Shown: positions 1 through 12,819, counted from the stretch's first letter. The stretch: 64,000 nucleotides of DNA from Oculina patagonica (GCF_052425735.1 NC_135767.1:19158001-19222000), one strand, 5' to 3'. Program-made: numbers and translations. Notes: generated by a model from the letters alone, not told the origin.

Positions 1-2317
1 GGATGGAGCGAGGCGGGGGTGGGGGGGGGGGGTGCTTAAAGGGGAATAAAGCTGTTCGCTCCATTACAAAATGATAGCTTAGTACAAAGTTCACACAACT
101 AATTATACATTACACAAAGATCGATTCATCCATTGGTCACAAATATCAAATTGACGTCTAATCAATTATAAGCTGTTAGTTCCTTTGATCTGCTTTGGCT
201 GAGCTGTGTGCTTGATAACAAAACGCTGGAATCAGACGCTGGAAAAACACGACATTGCCATGTTTGTACTTCCGCAGAAACAGACAAGCTTTTAACTTGC
301 AATTTGAGTAGGGGGGGGGGAGGTTCATACACTACTAGCATGCTTGTTTCGCCTTTTTTTTCTCTCAGGACACTCCTGATCATGATTAGTATTTTCAAAT
401 GATTTTCAACTGATTACGCTATCTAGCATTTTACAGCTTGAAAAATATTCTTGACATGTACTGACGCGACACACATCTAATAATAGTAGCTACGGACACG
501 TACGAAACGCCATTCAGTTTATGTTTGTTTTGACTGCTCAAAATGGTGATTTTGGAATATGTCGTGATCAGTAATCTTAAAGACGCAAGCTCCATAAATT
601 TCCTAAGACGGACATATTTTTGAAAGTGTAATACCTCAGCTGAAGGTCAACTTTTGGTATACATTTCGTTACCCACACTTTTTCCGTTTCAGACCTGGTT
701 TGCGAAGTGATCCAACAGTCAGTTGCAACTCACCGCTTTTTGCCAAGAGCACCCTGAAAACTTTTATAATAAACTGTAAACCCTTATGAGGAATTTTAAG
801 ATAACCGAACCACTAATTACGTAATGGTTTATTACGGCTTTTACAACATCTTTAGTTGACGACTCCTAGTCCGTACGAGAAAGTACAAAAATCTGGATTA
901 TTAAACATCTTTTATCACCCCCTCTGACACTGAATCTTTATCCCCCACCGTCCATTGGATAAAATGTTAAATATCTGATAAATAGAGGTACATCATATCA
1001 GTTATAATCTGAGAACCTTTCATGCATATTCCAGAAGACTTCCTCTTCAGTTCTTCCACTGAGCTGAGATCTCACGTATCAAACACAGCCACAAGTTCAG
1101 TGTAACTTCGAGTTCATCCATCTGAGTGTTTGTGTAGTGTTACTGATGCAAAAATCCAAAATGTTTATGCACATTTGTTTCGCTTTGTTTTGCTTCTCTA
1201 CCAGTTTCTTAACAGCCAGGTAAGACATATGCTCACTTGGTTTTAAATTACATTGTTAACATTAGCGTTGGTTTCTCAGTTGTAAACAACTCGATTCAAC
1301 GTTATGGTTTGCTAACTGATAGCAGTAGCTTTACTTCCTTCTGTCGTTCCAAATTGTGGTTTGGTTCAGCAAATGGACGTCATGTGGCGTTAATCGTAAG
1401 GAAAATGCGAGACAAAGTATAATCATGTTCCTATCACCGCAAACTGTTCTTGCATATGCTTTACGTAACAACGGATTTCGGAAGTCCACAGCGACTATGA
1501 AACTAACAAGATTGAAGGCAAAATAATGACATAAGCCAGATGAGTTTTCGAATTTAAGATTAATGCAAGAATTGATACCAGGATAGGCCAAAGTTTTGTT
1601 ATCTTCGTTAACAGGAAAAGAGCAAACCAGAAATTAATTAACAATCGCCCTGGGATGGAGCGAGGCGGGGGTGGGGGGGGGGGGGGTGCTTAAAGGGGAA
1701 TAAAGCTGTTCGCTCCATTACAAAATGATAGCTTAGTACAAAGTTCACACAACTAATTATACATTACACAAAGATCGATTCATCCATTGGTCACAAATAT
1801 CAAATTGACGTCTAATCAATTATAAGCTGTTAGTTCCTTTGATCTGCTTTGGCTGAGCTGTGTGCTTGATAACAAAACGCTGGAATCAGACGCTGGAAAA
1901 ACACGACATTGCCATGTTTGTACTTCCGCAGAAACAGACAAGCTTTTAACTTGCAATTTGAGGAGGGGGGGGGGGAGGTTCATACACTACTAGCATGCTT
2001 GTTTCGCCTTTTTTTTTCTCTCAGGACACTCCTGATCATGATTAGTATTTTCAAATGATTTTCAACTGATTACGCTATCTAGCATTTTACAGCTTGAAAA
2101 ATATTCTTGACATGTACTGACGCGACACACATCTAATAATAGTAGCTACGGACACGTACGAAACGCCATTCAGTTTATGTTTGTTTTGACTGCTCAAAAT
2201 GGTGATTTTGGAATATGTCGTGATCAGTAATCTTAAAGACGCAAGCTCCATAAATTTCCTAAGACGGACATATTTTTTGAAAGTGTAATACCTCAGCTGA
2301 AGGTCAACTTTTGGTAT
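1..2317 (+). repeat. Near-identical direct duplication: 1-660 repeated at 1653-2317; weaker similarity continues to ~1420 / ~3065
   Basis: Window start 'ggatggagcgaggcgg' recurs at 1653. The two copies match apart from homopolymer lengths up to 'caacttttggtat' (660 / 2317), then diverge abruptly. Confidence 0.95.
1146..1219 (+). other. Orphan or alternative first (signal-peptide) exon of the array gene
   Basis: ATG..MQKSKMFMHICFALFCFSTSFLTA-AG|gtaag. It is 74 nt and phase 2, like exon 1 at 2811-2884. No exon 2 or 3 occurs before the next exon 1. Confidence 0.8.
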
Positions 2318-2810
2318 CAATTTCGCTAGCGCGCCTTTTCTGTTTCAGACATTGTTTGCAAAATTAACCAAAAGTCTGTTGCAACTCACCGCTTGTTGCC
2401 AAGTGCACCAAAACATGTTCAATAAACTGTTAACACTTATGAGGAATTTTTAGGTACCCAATTAAACCACTAATAATAGGACTCTTATAAGAGCTTAGTT
2501 AACGACTCCGTCGAAGAAAGTACGAAAATCTTGATCATGAAACATCTTTTTATATCTACCCTTTGACACTGAATCTCTATCCACCACCGTGCATTGGATA
2601 AAATGCCAAATAACTGATAAACTGAGGTGTCTCGTATCAATTTATAATTTGCCAACTTTTCGCGTATATTGATTATATTCCAGAAGACTTCCTTTTCAGT
2701 TCTTCGTCTGAGCTGAGACGGATCTCACGTACTGAAACACAGCCATAAGTTCAGTATAACTTCGAGTCCATCGATCTGAGTGTTTGTACAGTATTCGCGA
2801 GGTTCTTCTG

Positions 2811-5592
2811 ATGCAAAACTTCAAAATGTTTTTCCACATTGGTTTCACTTTGCTTTGTTTCTCAAGCAGTTTCCTAACAGCAAGGTAATACAATTACGGC
2901 TTTTTTGAACAGATATTCAGTAGTGTTGTTTTCTCGGTTGAAAACAATCGATCCCACGTGATGGTTTGATAGCTCTTGTTCGTTCTGTAGTTCAAATTTT
3001 TGGTTTGCTTCGGCAGAATGGACGTATGAATTTTTTCGTATAGAAAGCGCGAGACAAAACATATATGAATTGCCGATTTCCAATCAATTATGTAATAGTT
3101 CATGATATCAGATTTTCGTAAACATGACGGCTTCCGTGCGTGTCTAGCTAGTAGCTGTTATAATTAGAGGTAAATGTTATCCTGCATATCCTGACAATAC
3201 AAAAAATGTCAAGAAATGTTTTAAAGCGTTAAAAAGCTAGATAGCGTTATTGTTATGCACTTATATTTTCTTTTGGCGGGATAAGGTGGAGGGGGGTGGA
3301 GGTGTTTCAAGCAATGACATATCGAGAAATAGTTCAGAGTGGGAGCCATGTTGCACGTTGTATTTCCTCTGAAAAGGGCGATAAAACAGGGAGCGCGAGG
3401 CATTTGGGAATGCGGCGAAACGCAAACAGTCCCAGAACTCAACGGGCACCGCGTACCGCGAGGAGCAACGCCTGGGGATGAGTCAGCCCCAGGGCAGCCC
3501 TGTTATCGAAAAGATTACATGATAAGAACCAAACATTATGAAGTAAAAGCCAAAAAGTACTGATCAGTTAAGATTGTCATGAACAGCTGAGACACTCCAA
3601 CAGTGTAATCGTGTCATTTTTTTTTTTTTTTTCTATTTTTTCTAGTGGGCAGGTTAAGAGTAGATTGAAGGTGCTGGAAACGGACGCAAACGGAAATCTT
3701 TATCTTCACAAGACTCCACTGCTATGTGTGAGCGACATTATCAAACGACTGACTGAAGGAACTTACAGACTAGCTGAACCAAGCATTTTAGGTATGTATC
3801 ATGTGAGAACATTTGTATAATGAAGAGATGGAAAATATGAACGAAAATAAAATAAGCGAGGCTGCCAATACGTAAACGGCATGATAGAGCACAAAAAAAA
3901 GCCAAAATGCAACCATGGACAGCTAGCTGTCTCGACCTGGCTAGGTCTCGTCAGCGTGGTGTAGCAGCTTAAGAGTAGAAGGTCAGTTGTCTTGTAAATA
4001 GCACATGGTGATGACCTCAGGTGAGCTCACATTCAAATGTCTGCCAGCTGGACAATTAGCCATGTTCTAAACGAGCAGGGGACTGGGTACGAACATATTT
4101 TTTCTTGGTACGAATATTCAATATCGATTGAATTGAAAATGGGGCACGTCATCTGAAAGAGCATCCAAGAATTATTAAATTTACCGAATTTGATGGTTAT
4201 TGGTTTAAACGCAAAGGCATGGTACACTTTTAAAATAAGAGAGCTTAGTATGGATTGGAGGACGCCTGTCCCTCCAATCCATACTGAGTATACCATGCCT
4301 TTGGGTTTAAACCAATAACCGTCAAATTTGGTGAATTTACTAATTTTTGGATGTTCTTTCAGATGACATGCCTCATTTTTCAATTCAATCGATATTGAAT
4401 GTTTGTACCGAAGAGAAAATATGTTCGTGCCCAGTCCCCTGCTCGTTTAGAACATGGCTAATTGCAACGTCAACAGAGCATGTCTATTGAACAATAGGCA
4501 AAACATTGAAAATTGTGCCAATGTTGCGATAAGGAAGATCTACTAAGCCATTGCTGATTAAATCTTTCACAGATCCTACGTATGCAGCATCTTAATTGGC
4601 AGTCCTTTAATTTGGCACATCGGTTCAAACTAGGAACGAACGAACGAACGAACGAAAGAACGAAAGAACGAAAGAAAAAACGAGCGAATAGTTTAAGTAG
4701 CGGTGTATCCAGCATACAATGTAACATTAAATTTTCCGTATTTTATAGAGTTATTGAGAAAAAACGAATCAAAACAAAAGTAGACACAAGCAGTAGCAAG
4801 GGTTCCCACGGCTGTTTCTAGTTGCCCAAATCTATTACGAGGAAATACTTTCTATGGTTAGATCTGTGAACAACTACTGAAATAGAAATCCTTACAGGTA
4901 TTAACTTTTCTAGTCTAACCTTGTTACGTTGGACTACAGGGCTATCCAAAGAATTCGCAGTGAAGAACTGTCAGGACCTGAAGCTTATTAAAGTACCATC
5001 GGTCCAATCAGGCGTCTATTGGATTGATCCTGATGGTGGTTCCCATGGTAACGCATTCCAGACCTACTGTGACCAACAGACTGACGGCGGGGGCTGGACA
5101 TTAGTTTGGAGTTACACCTTCACTGCTTACTCGAGTTTCACGAGTGGAGCAAACGCTGTCACCCCGCGTCCAAGCTGGTCAGCCAGTGGAGCTAATACTC
5201 GAGTGTCTACAACAGTTCCACTGAGTGAGACGCATTACGAGGCCATGAACTTTGCTTTGTGGCGCACCATTGGTAAGGAAACCCTGATCAAGAGCAACAT
5301 CAACAACTGGATCGCATGCAAGGAAGGCACTGGCAGCATAGTGCAACATAAGGCAGGGTCAATCACTTGTAAACTTGTTAAACAGGTTTCTAACCAGTGT
5401 GCTGGTGTAGTGCCAAACTATTGGGGATTAGTCAGCTACGGACCGTACACTGGCTTTTCAGGGAGTGAAGTATACTATTTTTTTAATGGTAACGAGGGTA
5501 GTAATTGGCCTATGCATGATCCATGTGGAAAAGCCCAAGCAAATCAGTTAAAAGGTGTGGCTAATCCCCACGGAAATATTTTTGTTCGCTAA
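2811..5592 (+). CDS. Array copy 1: secreted protein with fibrinogen-like (YCDxxxxGGGW) module, 290 aa
   Basis: Exons 2811-2884, 3646-3791, 4940-5592. All introns are GT-AG, phases 2 and 1, total 873 nt open. Hydrophobic N-terminus MQNFKMFFHIGFTLLCFSSSFLTAS; motif SGVYWIDPDGG..YCDQQTDGGGWTLV; ends NPHGNIFVR. Confidence 0.9.
4053..4464. mobile_element. Palindromic MITE in intron 2 of copy 1
   Basis: caattagccatgttctaaacgagcagggg... and ...cccctgctcgtttagaacatggctaattg form long inverted arms with a short spacer. Confidence 0.85.
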
Positions 5593-7351
5593 ACGAGTTT
5601 CTTAGACTTCGTTCAAACAACTTACTAACTTAAGGGTATTGATGGGGCAACAATTGCCACAGCCTTATAGTCAAGACATTAATTAAGGTGAAAACTGAAT
5701 CAATTTGTACATTAGAAGAGAAATTGCTTCTTTTGACTCGGTAAAAGAAACTTAATGTCATGTCAATTGCAATCGGGGTTAAACTATACTTATCATATTT
5801 TTTAATGTTAATATATATTTTTCCTTACTTGCCAACTGTTGTAAGGAAGCTGCTGAAAACAAATAAACATGGGATTTTTCATTAACGAGAGCTTCTGTGT
5901 GGTGTAATTTTTTTCTTTGTTTTTATTATCAACTTTCTTTTAGATCTCCAACGGTTCAAGTTTTTGTGTTGAGTGATATATTCCTTACTATTCCAACGTT
6001 TGTTGCGACGTTAAGATCAAACTGTTGCAGTCAAACCTATCCTAGCACTGGTAGCTTTTTAAAAAAAATAAGACTGACCCTTGTCTCTCAAAGCGACACA
6101 AGAAAATAAATACAAAATTGACATTATGAAGCTTCTTTTATCTAACTTGTTAGGTTGAATGTAAGCTGTTTATTCGTTATGTTAAGGAATTCCTTTGAAC
6201 AAACAGAGATCGTCATATGACGTAAAAATTAATCTCCTGTTTATCTAGGAGGCATGATAATGTCAAGGTGTTCCTGGCTTAGATACAAACCTAAATTCAA
6301 AATGGTCTGTTTGAAGGTTTCGTGTGAAGTTTTGAAGAGCTCGTTCTTATTAAGTCTTTTCCTGTTTTAAAGGCCAAATGTGGTTGGACTTGGCCCCATG
6401 GCTAGGAATGAAAGCACGTACTGCATTTGTCATGTTGTTCATGAGATCATGATGACAGGCAGCGCCAAAATTAATCTTTTTCACCGTCTTCCATTGCATA
6501 AAACACGGCCGTGTAAGATCGAACTTGCTAAACGCGAATGTTGGATCACTGACAGATCGTGATCAGTCAACATGAAGTAAAAACGGAGACAGTTCTCCAA
6601 AGACTGCTGTCATGGACTGGTCAAACAATGTGTACAGGCGTAAATCCGGAGGGAGAGCTCGTTGCATTTGGAAAAGCTCGGGTGGTGGGGTGCTTCACCT
6701 GTGTCTCGGAACCCTTACCGCGTCTCAGACAAAAAAAAGCTCAAATTTGCTACACCAACTGAAATTAAAGAGTTAAATTATATACCTCATCTCAGACCGG
6801 AAGTGAAGAGGATGTTTTTATTTTTTAAATTCCCTTCACAACACTGCAACCTCGGCTATTTATTTTCAAACATTTCAAAACGACCTGGTTTAGACAAGCA
6901 GAGAGTTTGAAATTTGAGGTAATTTTTCCCATTTAGCGACTCCATCGATCTTAGACTAAAAGACCAAAATTGGAACCCCATCACAGACCTGGGAGGTAAA
7001 AGAAAATGGGGCCCCGTCCAGCGACACATACCCGTACAGCGAACACACTGAGGTAACACCCCCCCCCCCCCCACCCCCTTTCGGTGGGGGAGGAACACGC
7101 AATATTTCTGCTGGCAGCTACCAGTCTTCATCACCGGTTCATTGGACTGAAGATTCCTGTACGCGTTTGCCACACATACCTTAACCGAGGCCTTTATTAT
7201 GTTATAACCTGCAACTTTTTCATCTAAATTCTAAACGACTATATTTCTAATTCTTTAACTAGTCCAGATTTCTCGTCCCAACCACAACCACAATTTATGT
7301 AATTTCGATCGTCATTCCTCTAAAATAAATAGGTACATTTTTTGTGAGGAT

Positions 7352-8423
7352 CTACGTGTGGTAAAACGCACCGAAAAGTATTAACTGTTTCTTTTTATAT
7401 AAGATTGATTACAAAAGTAGAATCAGAAATGTGGACTTTGTGGTTAAGTAAGCACACAAACTTGATCTGCTTTTTACGTCAGTTGGAAGTTTTAGTGTAT
7501 TATTTTGCTCTGTAAGCGCAGGATTCTACTCTCTTTACCCTCCTAAGGGCCTTAAGTTCCGTTATGTCCTGGTTAACGTTTTCTCTTGAAGAAAACTACA
7601 TATCAGTTTCCCTACGTGTGGTAAAATGCACCGAAACGTATTAACTGTACATTTTAGTTAAGATTGATTGCAAAAGGGGAATCGGAAATATGGACTTTGT
7701 TGTTAAGTAAGTGCGCAAATGTGCAATTTACGTTTGTTAGTTCTAGTGTAGTATCCTGTTTTCATAACACAGGATTCTGCTCTTTTTAGCCTCTAAGAGC
7801 CTTAAGTTCCGCAAAAGGCCTTATCACGGTTTTCGACGCCATCTTGACGAGTAGGCAAAGCGGGTAGAAATTACAGTGTTTGAATGGGAATCCGACGGCA
7901 AATATCTTTTACAAAAATTGAATTCTGGACAACTTATGAATTGTAAAGTTAAGATACTAGGCAAAAGTTTTTATTTGCCAAGTTTGAAGGATGTAGCTGG
8001 GCTAGAAAGCGTTCAGTTACGCTTCAGTTACGTTTTATTTCCCATACATGATTTGATAAAATTTTTCACATAAAATTGAAAACATTGTCAATCATGCGGA
8101 AAAAAATACAGACAAATGATCAGATTCCCTACGTGTGGTAAAATGCACCGAAACGTATTAACTGTATCATTTTAGATAAGATTGACTACAAAAGTAGAAT
8201 CGGAAATATGGACTTTGTTGTTAAGTAAGTACGCAAATCTGCTATTTACGTTTGTTAGTTCTAGGGTATTATTTTGCTCTCTAAGCGCAGGATTCTGCTC
8301 TCTTTAGCCTTTTAAGAGCCCTAAGTTCCGCAATTATTGCGTACGTATTCTTCCTTATCAGTGAAATTGCGGTTATGCCCTGGTTAACTTTTTCATTAAA
8401 AGAGAACTACATATCAGATTCCC
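7352..8423 (+). repeat. Three diverged direct copies of a ~200-290 bp unit upstream of copy 2
   Basis: 'ctacgtgtggtaaaa(c/t)gcaccgaaa' at ~7352, ~7613 and ~8128, each followed by alignable sequence up to 'taagttccg'. An unrelated ~300 bp segment lies between the second and third copies. Confidence 0.85.
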
Positions 8424-8535
8424 TTGTATGAAATCACGTATTGTCAGCTAACATTATGTATATAAAGACGTCGAATTTCCAGCGTTCAACAACAGTTCAA
8501 CATTGACCTTGGTCCTGCTAACAGCACGATCCAAA

Positions 8536-11204
8536 ATGTTTTTGCACATTGGTTTCGCTTTGTTTTCAGTCTTCTCCAGCAGTTTCTTAACAGTTAGGTG
8601 AGTCAATATAGTTAACTTTTTTAAAAGGCCAGTTATCTAAATTAAAATATACCTTTTAGTCAAGAATTCTCCCGTGAGCCACTATACTAGAATTACTTCG
8701 TACATTTCAGCTAAAAACACAACGGAGTAATTACTTATTTCTTGGGAAATGGTTGTACAACTTTGTTCATATTCTGTTGGACATCACTTTTTGTCTCTCG
8801 CTCGATCACAAGATGAGAATATGTAATTCCATTCCCTAACAGTTTGAGTTTGAGACTGTGAAATGGGAGATTGTTTACAGTGTTAAAGGGTCACTGCCCT
8901 GCCGAAATAGCAAAAATTTACTCAGCTTCTTTCCACGTTATATCGCCAAATGCCACCAAATATACAGCTTAGTTGGATAATGAGAATCTATAGAGCAAAA
9001 CAGAAGCATTAGTTTCGAGATAAAAGTGCAGAATTGCAAGGATTGAAATGGATAACAGTTTATGAAATTTGGTTTACTGACAGGATATCAAGAAATCAAG
9101 CTTGCCATTCTTGTGACAGTTTGACCTTTCTAGCTGTCATTGTGTCTGATTAGTTTATATTTCTTTGCTTCTATCACTTTTGGCGATGATATTTTTTGAT
9201 ATTTAGATAATACTGAGTAAGCTTAAATCAAGCTCCTGACCATACTCATTAAAACACGATGTTTCAGCCGGGGCAATGTCTCCCACAATGTCCCTTCAAC
9301 GCTATTCAATACATTTTATACCAAGCTTATTTTATCCATCAGGGGATTGGATGATCAGCAGAGATACAGAGTGTTGGACATGGACGAAGAAGGTAATCTT
9401 TACCTTTACAAGACTGCACTGCTCTGCAAGAACGAGATTATCAAACGACTGAGCAATGGAACTTACCATCTGGCAGAAGCGAACATCGGCATAGGTAATT
9501 TGTGGCACGAACTAATTAATCTTAAAACAAGCTGCTATATTGAAATCCTTTATGTCATGTTCTAAAAAAATCTAGCAGCATAAGTGCTGGTGAAAAAGTA
9601 TATTTTTGTATGAAAGTTTATTCGGCGAGCTTATACAGGGGGAGAGTAGAGCTTATTTTCGGAAGAACTTTTGTCTTTGAAAAATGGCTTAACTTGTATT
9701 CGAAAGGATTTCTCCTCTGAGAAATTTGAGATGCATAAAAGTTTCTAAACGTAACGAAAAAAGATCTATAGTGGTTTGATGGCATAAAACCATCTAAAAA
9801 TACTGTACTGTGACAATATAAAATGCGAAATAGTCTACAGTAGGGACTAATTGGAAGAAATTCTATCGTCCTTTACAGCTAAATCTAAATACTTTTTAGA
9901 CCACAGAGGGTGATTTTAAAATGATTCACAGTTTGTAGCAGAAATCCGGTGAATTAGCAGATCAACATAAATTTTATTTTCTTTCTTTTTTTTATTATTT
10001 CTGAACACAGGACTGAGCAAGGCGTCCCCAGCGTTGAACTGCAAGGACCTGAAACAGAAAGCGCCATTACTCGGATCAGGCGTCTATTGGATAGACCCAG
10101 ATGGTGGTTCCCATGGTAACGCATTCCAGGCCTACTGCGATCAACAGACGGACGGAGGGGGCTGGACATTAGTTTGGAGTTACACCTTCACTGCTTACTC
10201 ACGTTTCACGAGTGGAGCAAACGCAGTCACCTCGCGTCCAACCTCAATTAGTTGTAAACTTGTTAAACAGGTTTCTCAGAAATGCGGTGGTGACGCGCCA
10301 AATTTTGTCTGGCCTTCTTCTCACGGACAGGGCCTCGGTAATAATGGTACAGACTATTTCTTTGATGGTAGCACAGAAAAGGATACCAATTATTATAAGG
10401 CTGCTTGGCCTGTTCATGATCCGTGTGCTTCATACAAACCAAGTCAGTTAAGGTGGCTTAATACAGTTTTGAGGGGGTAAGTGAGCCCAACTTTTAACTC
10501 TTTTTAAAAATATTCAGGAATGTTCTTTCTTTCTCGTATTACTGTTTTTTAAAGCATATAGCCATCATATGCGACATTTGAAAAATAAAAATGCTAATAA
10601 ACAATCAATAAAGAGCCAAAATGAATGGCCGAGTGCTTAGGAGGGGACTGGGCACTATTGTTTTAACAGCGTTTTTCTCAAAATCTACCCGTATGACCCC
10701 ACCTCAAAATTTCAGAAATTACAAATTGGCTTTGATTAAACATTCATGCAAAATAAAATAAAAATCTGTAAGACAAAATTTGAGCTATTTTTTAAAGGGG
10801 CAAAATATCACATTTTCCTATTTTGCAAAAAATCTGTCTTACAGATTTTTATTTTATCCTGCATGAATGTTGAATCAAAGGCAATTTGTAATTTCTGAAA
10901 TTTTGAGGTGGGGTCATACGGGTAGATTTTGAGAAAAACGCTGTTAAAACAACCAGTGCCCAGTCCCCTCCTAAGCACTCGGCCATTCATTTTGGCTCTT
11001 TATTGATTGTTTATTAGCATTTTTATTGGTCAAATGTCGCATATGATGGCTATATGCTTTAAGAAACAGTAATAAGAGAAAGAAAGAACATTCCTGAATA
11101 TTTTTAAAAAGAGTTAAAAGTTGGGCTCACTTACCCCCTCAAAACTGTATTAAGCCACCTTAAAAGGTGTAACTAATCCTCACGGAAATATGTTTATTCG
11201 TTAA
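8536..11204 (+). pseudogene. Array copy 2, damaged by an internal 183-bp deletion and a MITE insertion in exon 3
   Basis: Exons 8536-8597, 9343-9494, 10011-10451 + 11164-11204. 61 codons are missing at 10243/10244 (RPT|SISC). Removing the MITE restores SQLKGVTNPHGNMFIR*; with it the frame stops at 10480. Confidence 0.85.
10452..11159. mobile_element. 708-bp palindromic non-autonomous DNA transposon, Kolobok-like (TTAA TSD, GG..CC termini)
   Basis: TTAA at 10448-10451 and 11160-11163. ~320-bp near-perfect inverted arms (ggtggcttaatacag...ctgtattaagccacc). The empty site 'cagttaaaaggtgt' is present in paralogues. Confidence 0.92.
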
Positions 11205-11918
11205 CGGCTGACTTTATTAAAGGAGCTTTGTCACGGATTTTAATCTTTTTTTTGAACAGCCAAATATATATTTGTGTCGTAGGAAACCTAAAAATAATGG
11301 TTCATTATATTTTTATTAACAATTGCCAAATTAGAGCACTGAAATCGAAACTGTAAACTAGCGTCTTTGGCTGCGAATGACCAGGATGGAAATGGATTTC
11401 AACTTGAGAAATTAAGGCTAAACGTTTCAAGTTGTTTCCGCGCGTCTTTAAAAACATCGATGTTTTTAGCCGTGGTTTGATTTCTCTCCACAAACTAAGG
11501 TTATATCTTTCTTCAGATGTTCGAAGATGATATTTTTCATTGGTTTAGTTGCCTATCGCTAATTACGGAACAGTTTAGAGCAAATATCCTCGTGTCCTAC
11601 CTTCTTTAAGAATAACAAAAAAAGTTGGGGTCGTAAAAATTAAATTAACCCAAAAGTGACTAAGATGGGGTTTATAATTGGCCATAGAATAAGACTATAG
11701 TGGGGTAGGGGGTCTGAGAGGCCAGCGGCACATACCCGCTGTAAACAAGTTGGCTTTTCTGTCACAGCGACGAATATCCACAAGTTAAAGTACCTGAATC
11801 ATTCTTAGCGACATTCTTAGCCTTATTTATATCGCCGTCTGAGAAAGTTAGCAGTTATAATTTTCCTTTTGTTTGTTTGTTTTTGTTGCTGTTGTTGCTT
11901 CTTTTTTTAATGTTTCAC

Positions 11919-12062
11919 AATTCCGCGTTTTTAGGATATTCCGTCATTCCGCATTTTAGGATTTTCCGTCATTCCGCGTTTTAGGATTTTCCGTCATTCC
12001 TCGTTTTAGGATATTCCGCCATTCCGCCATTCCGCCATTCCGCCGTGCCGTTCTCCCATTCC
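11919..12062 (+). repeat. 24-bp / ATTCCGC minisatellite
   Basis: Tandem 'ttccgtcattccgcgttttaggat' units followed by (attccgcc)n. Confidence 0.8.
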
Positions 12063-12819
12063 TCCGAATAGGGTCACCCTTTCATTTCTTGTATGGGATC
12101 CCTCTGGATAAAACAAGATGGCGCTCGAGTCAAGAAGGGCTAATATTTTTGAACTTCACGTCAATTTTCACGCTTTCTTGTTGAAATGGAACCTCTGCCT
12201 CAGCTGTGTGTAATTAATACAGGTAGGAATCTGTGAGGAAAATCTATTATGAATGCCGAGGAACGTTTGAAAAGCAGTTGCGAACAAAAGCAGGACTAAA
12301 CTGTCGCAATCGACAGTGAAACTGAAAGAAGAGGTCAAATGACTCAAATCTTGCTGTTCTTATACCTCCGGTACGTATATAATTTTCACACAGCAATTAA
12401 AAATAAAACTGCAAAAAAAAAAAGAAATTTAACTTGACTCGAAGTTGACTCGTGACTCGAAGTTGACTCGGGCTCGAACTTGACTCGTGCTACGATCAAA
12501 CTCACTTAGACTCTATTTGCATTGATGTGACAAAAACCAGAGGGTACTCGAGAAAATATTTTATGCGGGGAGGCTTCGCCCCAAAGACTAAACCCTTACC
12601 CTTGTAAATACAAAATTTCGACAGAAAAGGTAACCCTTCTTTATTCCTTCGATAGGAAAATGGTATCTTTTTGACATACGTACAGAAGGACTGCAGTTCT
12701 CTTAGTAATTTTTCAAGTTTATAACTCCGCAAGATACTTAAATGAAACGGCCGTTTGGTGGGTATGTTCGATATTTCTTTATCAATACAAACTAAATTAA
12801 TTAAAGAAGCGTTCTCGAG

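Noticed and set aside
4940-5592. Naming the array genes intelectin, ficolin, FREP or fibrillar collagen
   Set aside because: Only the N-terminal YCDxxxxGGGW module is recognisable. There is no collagen stalk, no Ig domain, and no intelectin-type 'VASVHEN' or ficolin-type 'FQRR.DGS' continuation. No gene symbol assigned.
10477-11166. Rescue of copy 2 by splicing out the MITE using its internal GTAAGT donor and the AAAG at its end
   Set aside because: The donor falls in phase 2 and the acceptor would need phase 1, so the native C-terminus is not restored. The acceptor also lacks a pyrimidine tract.
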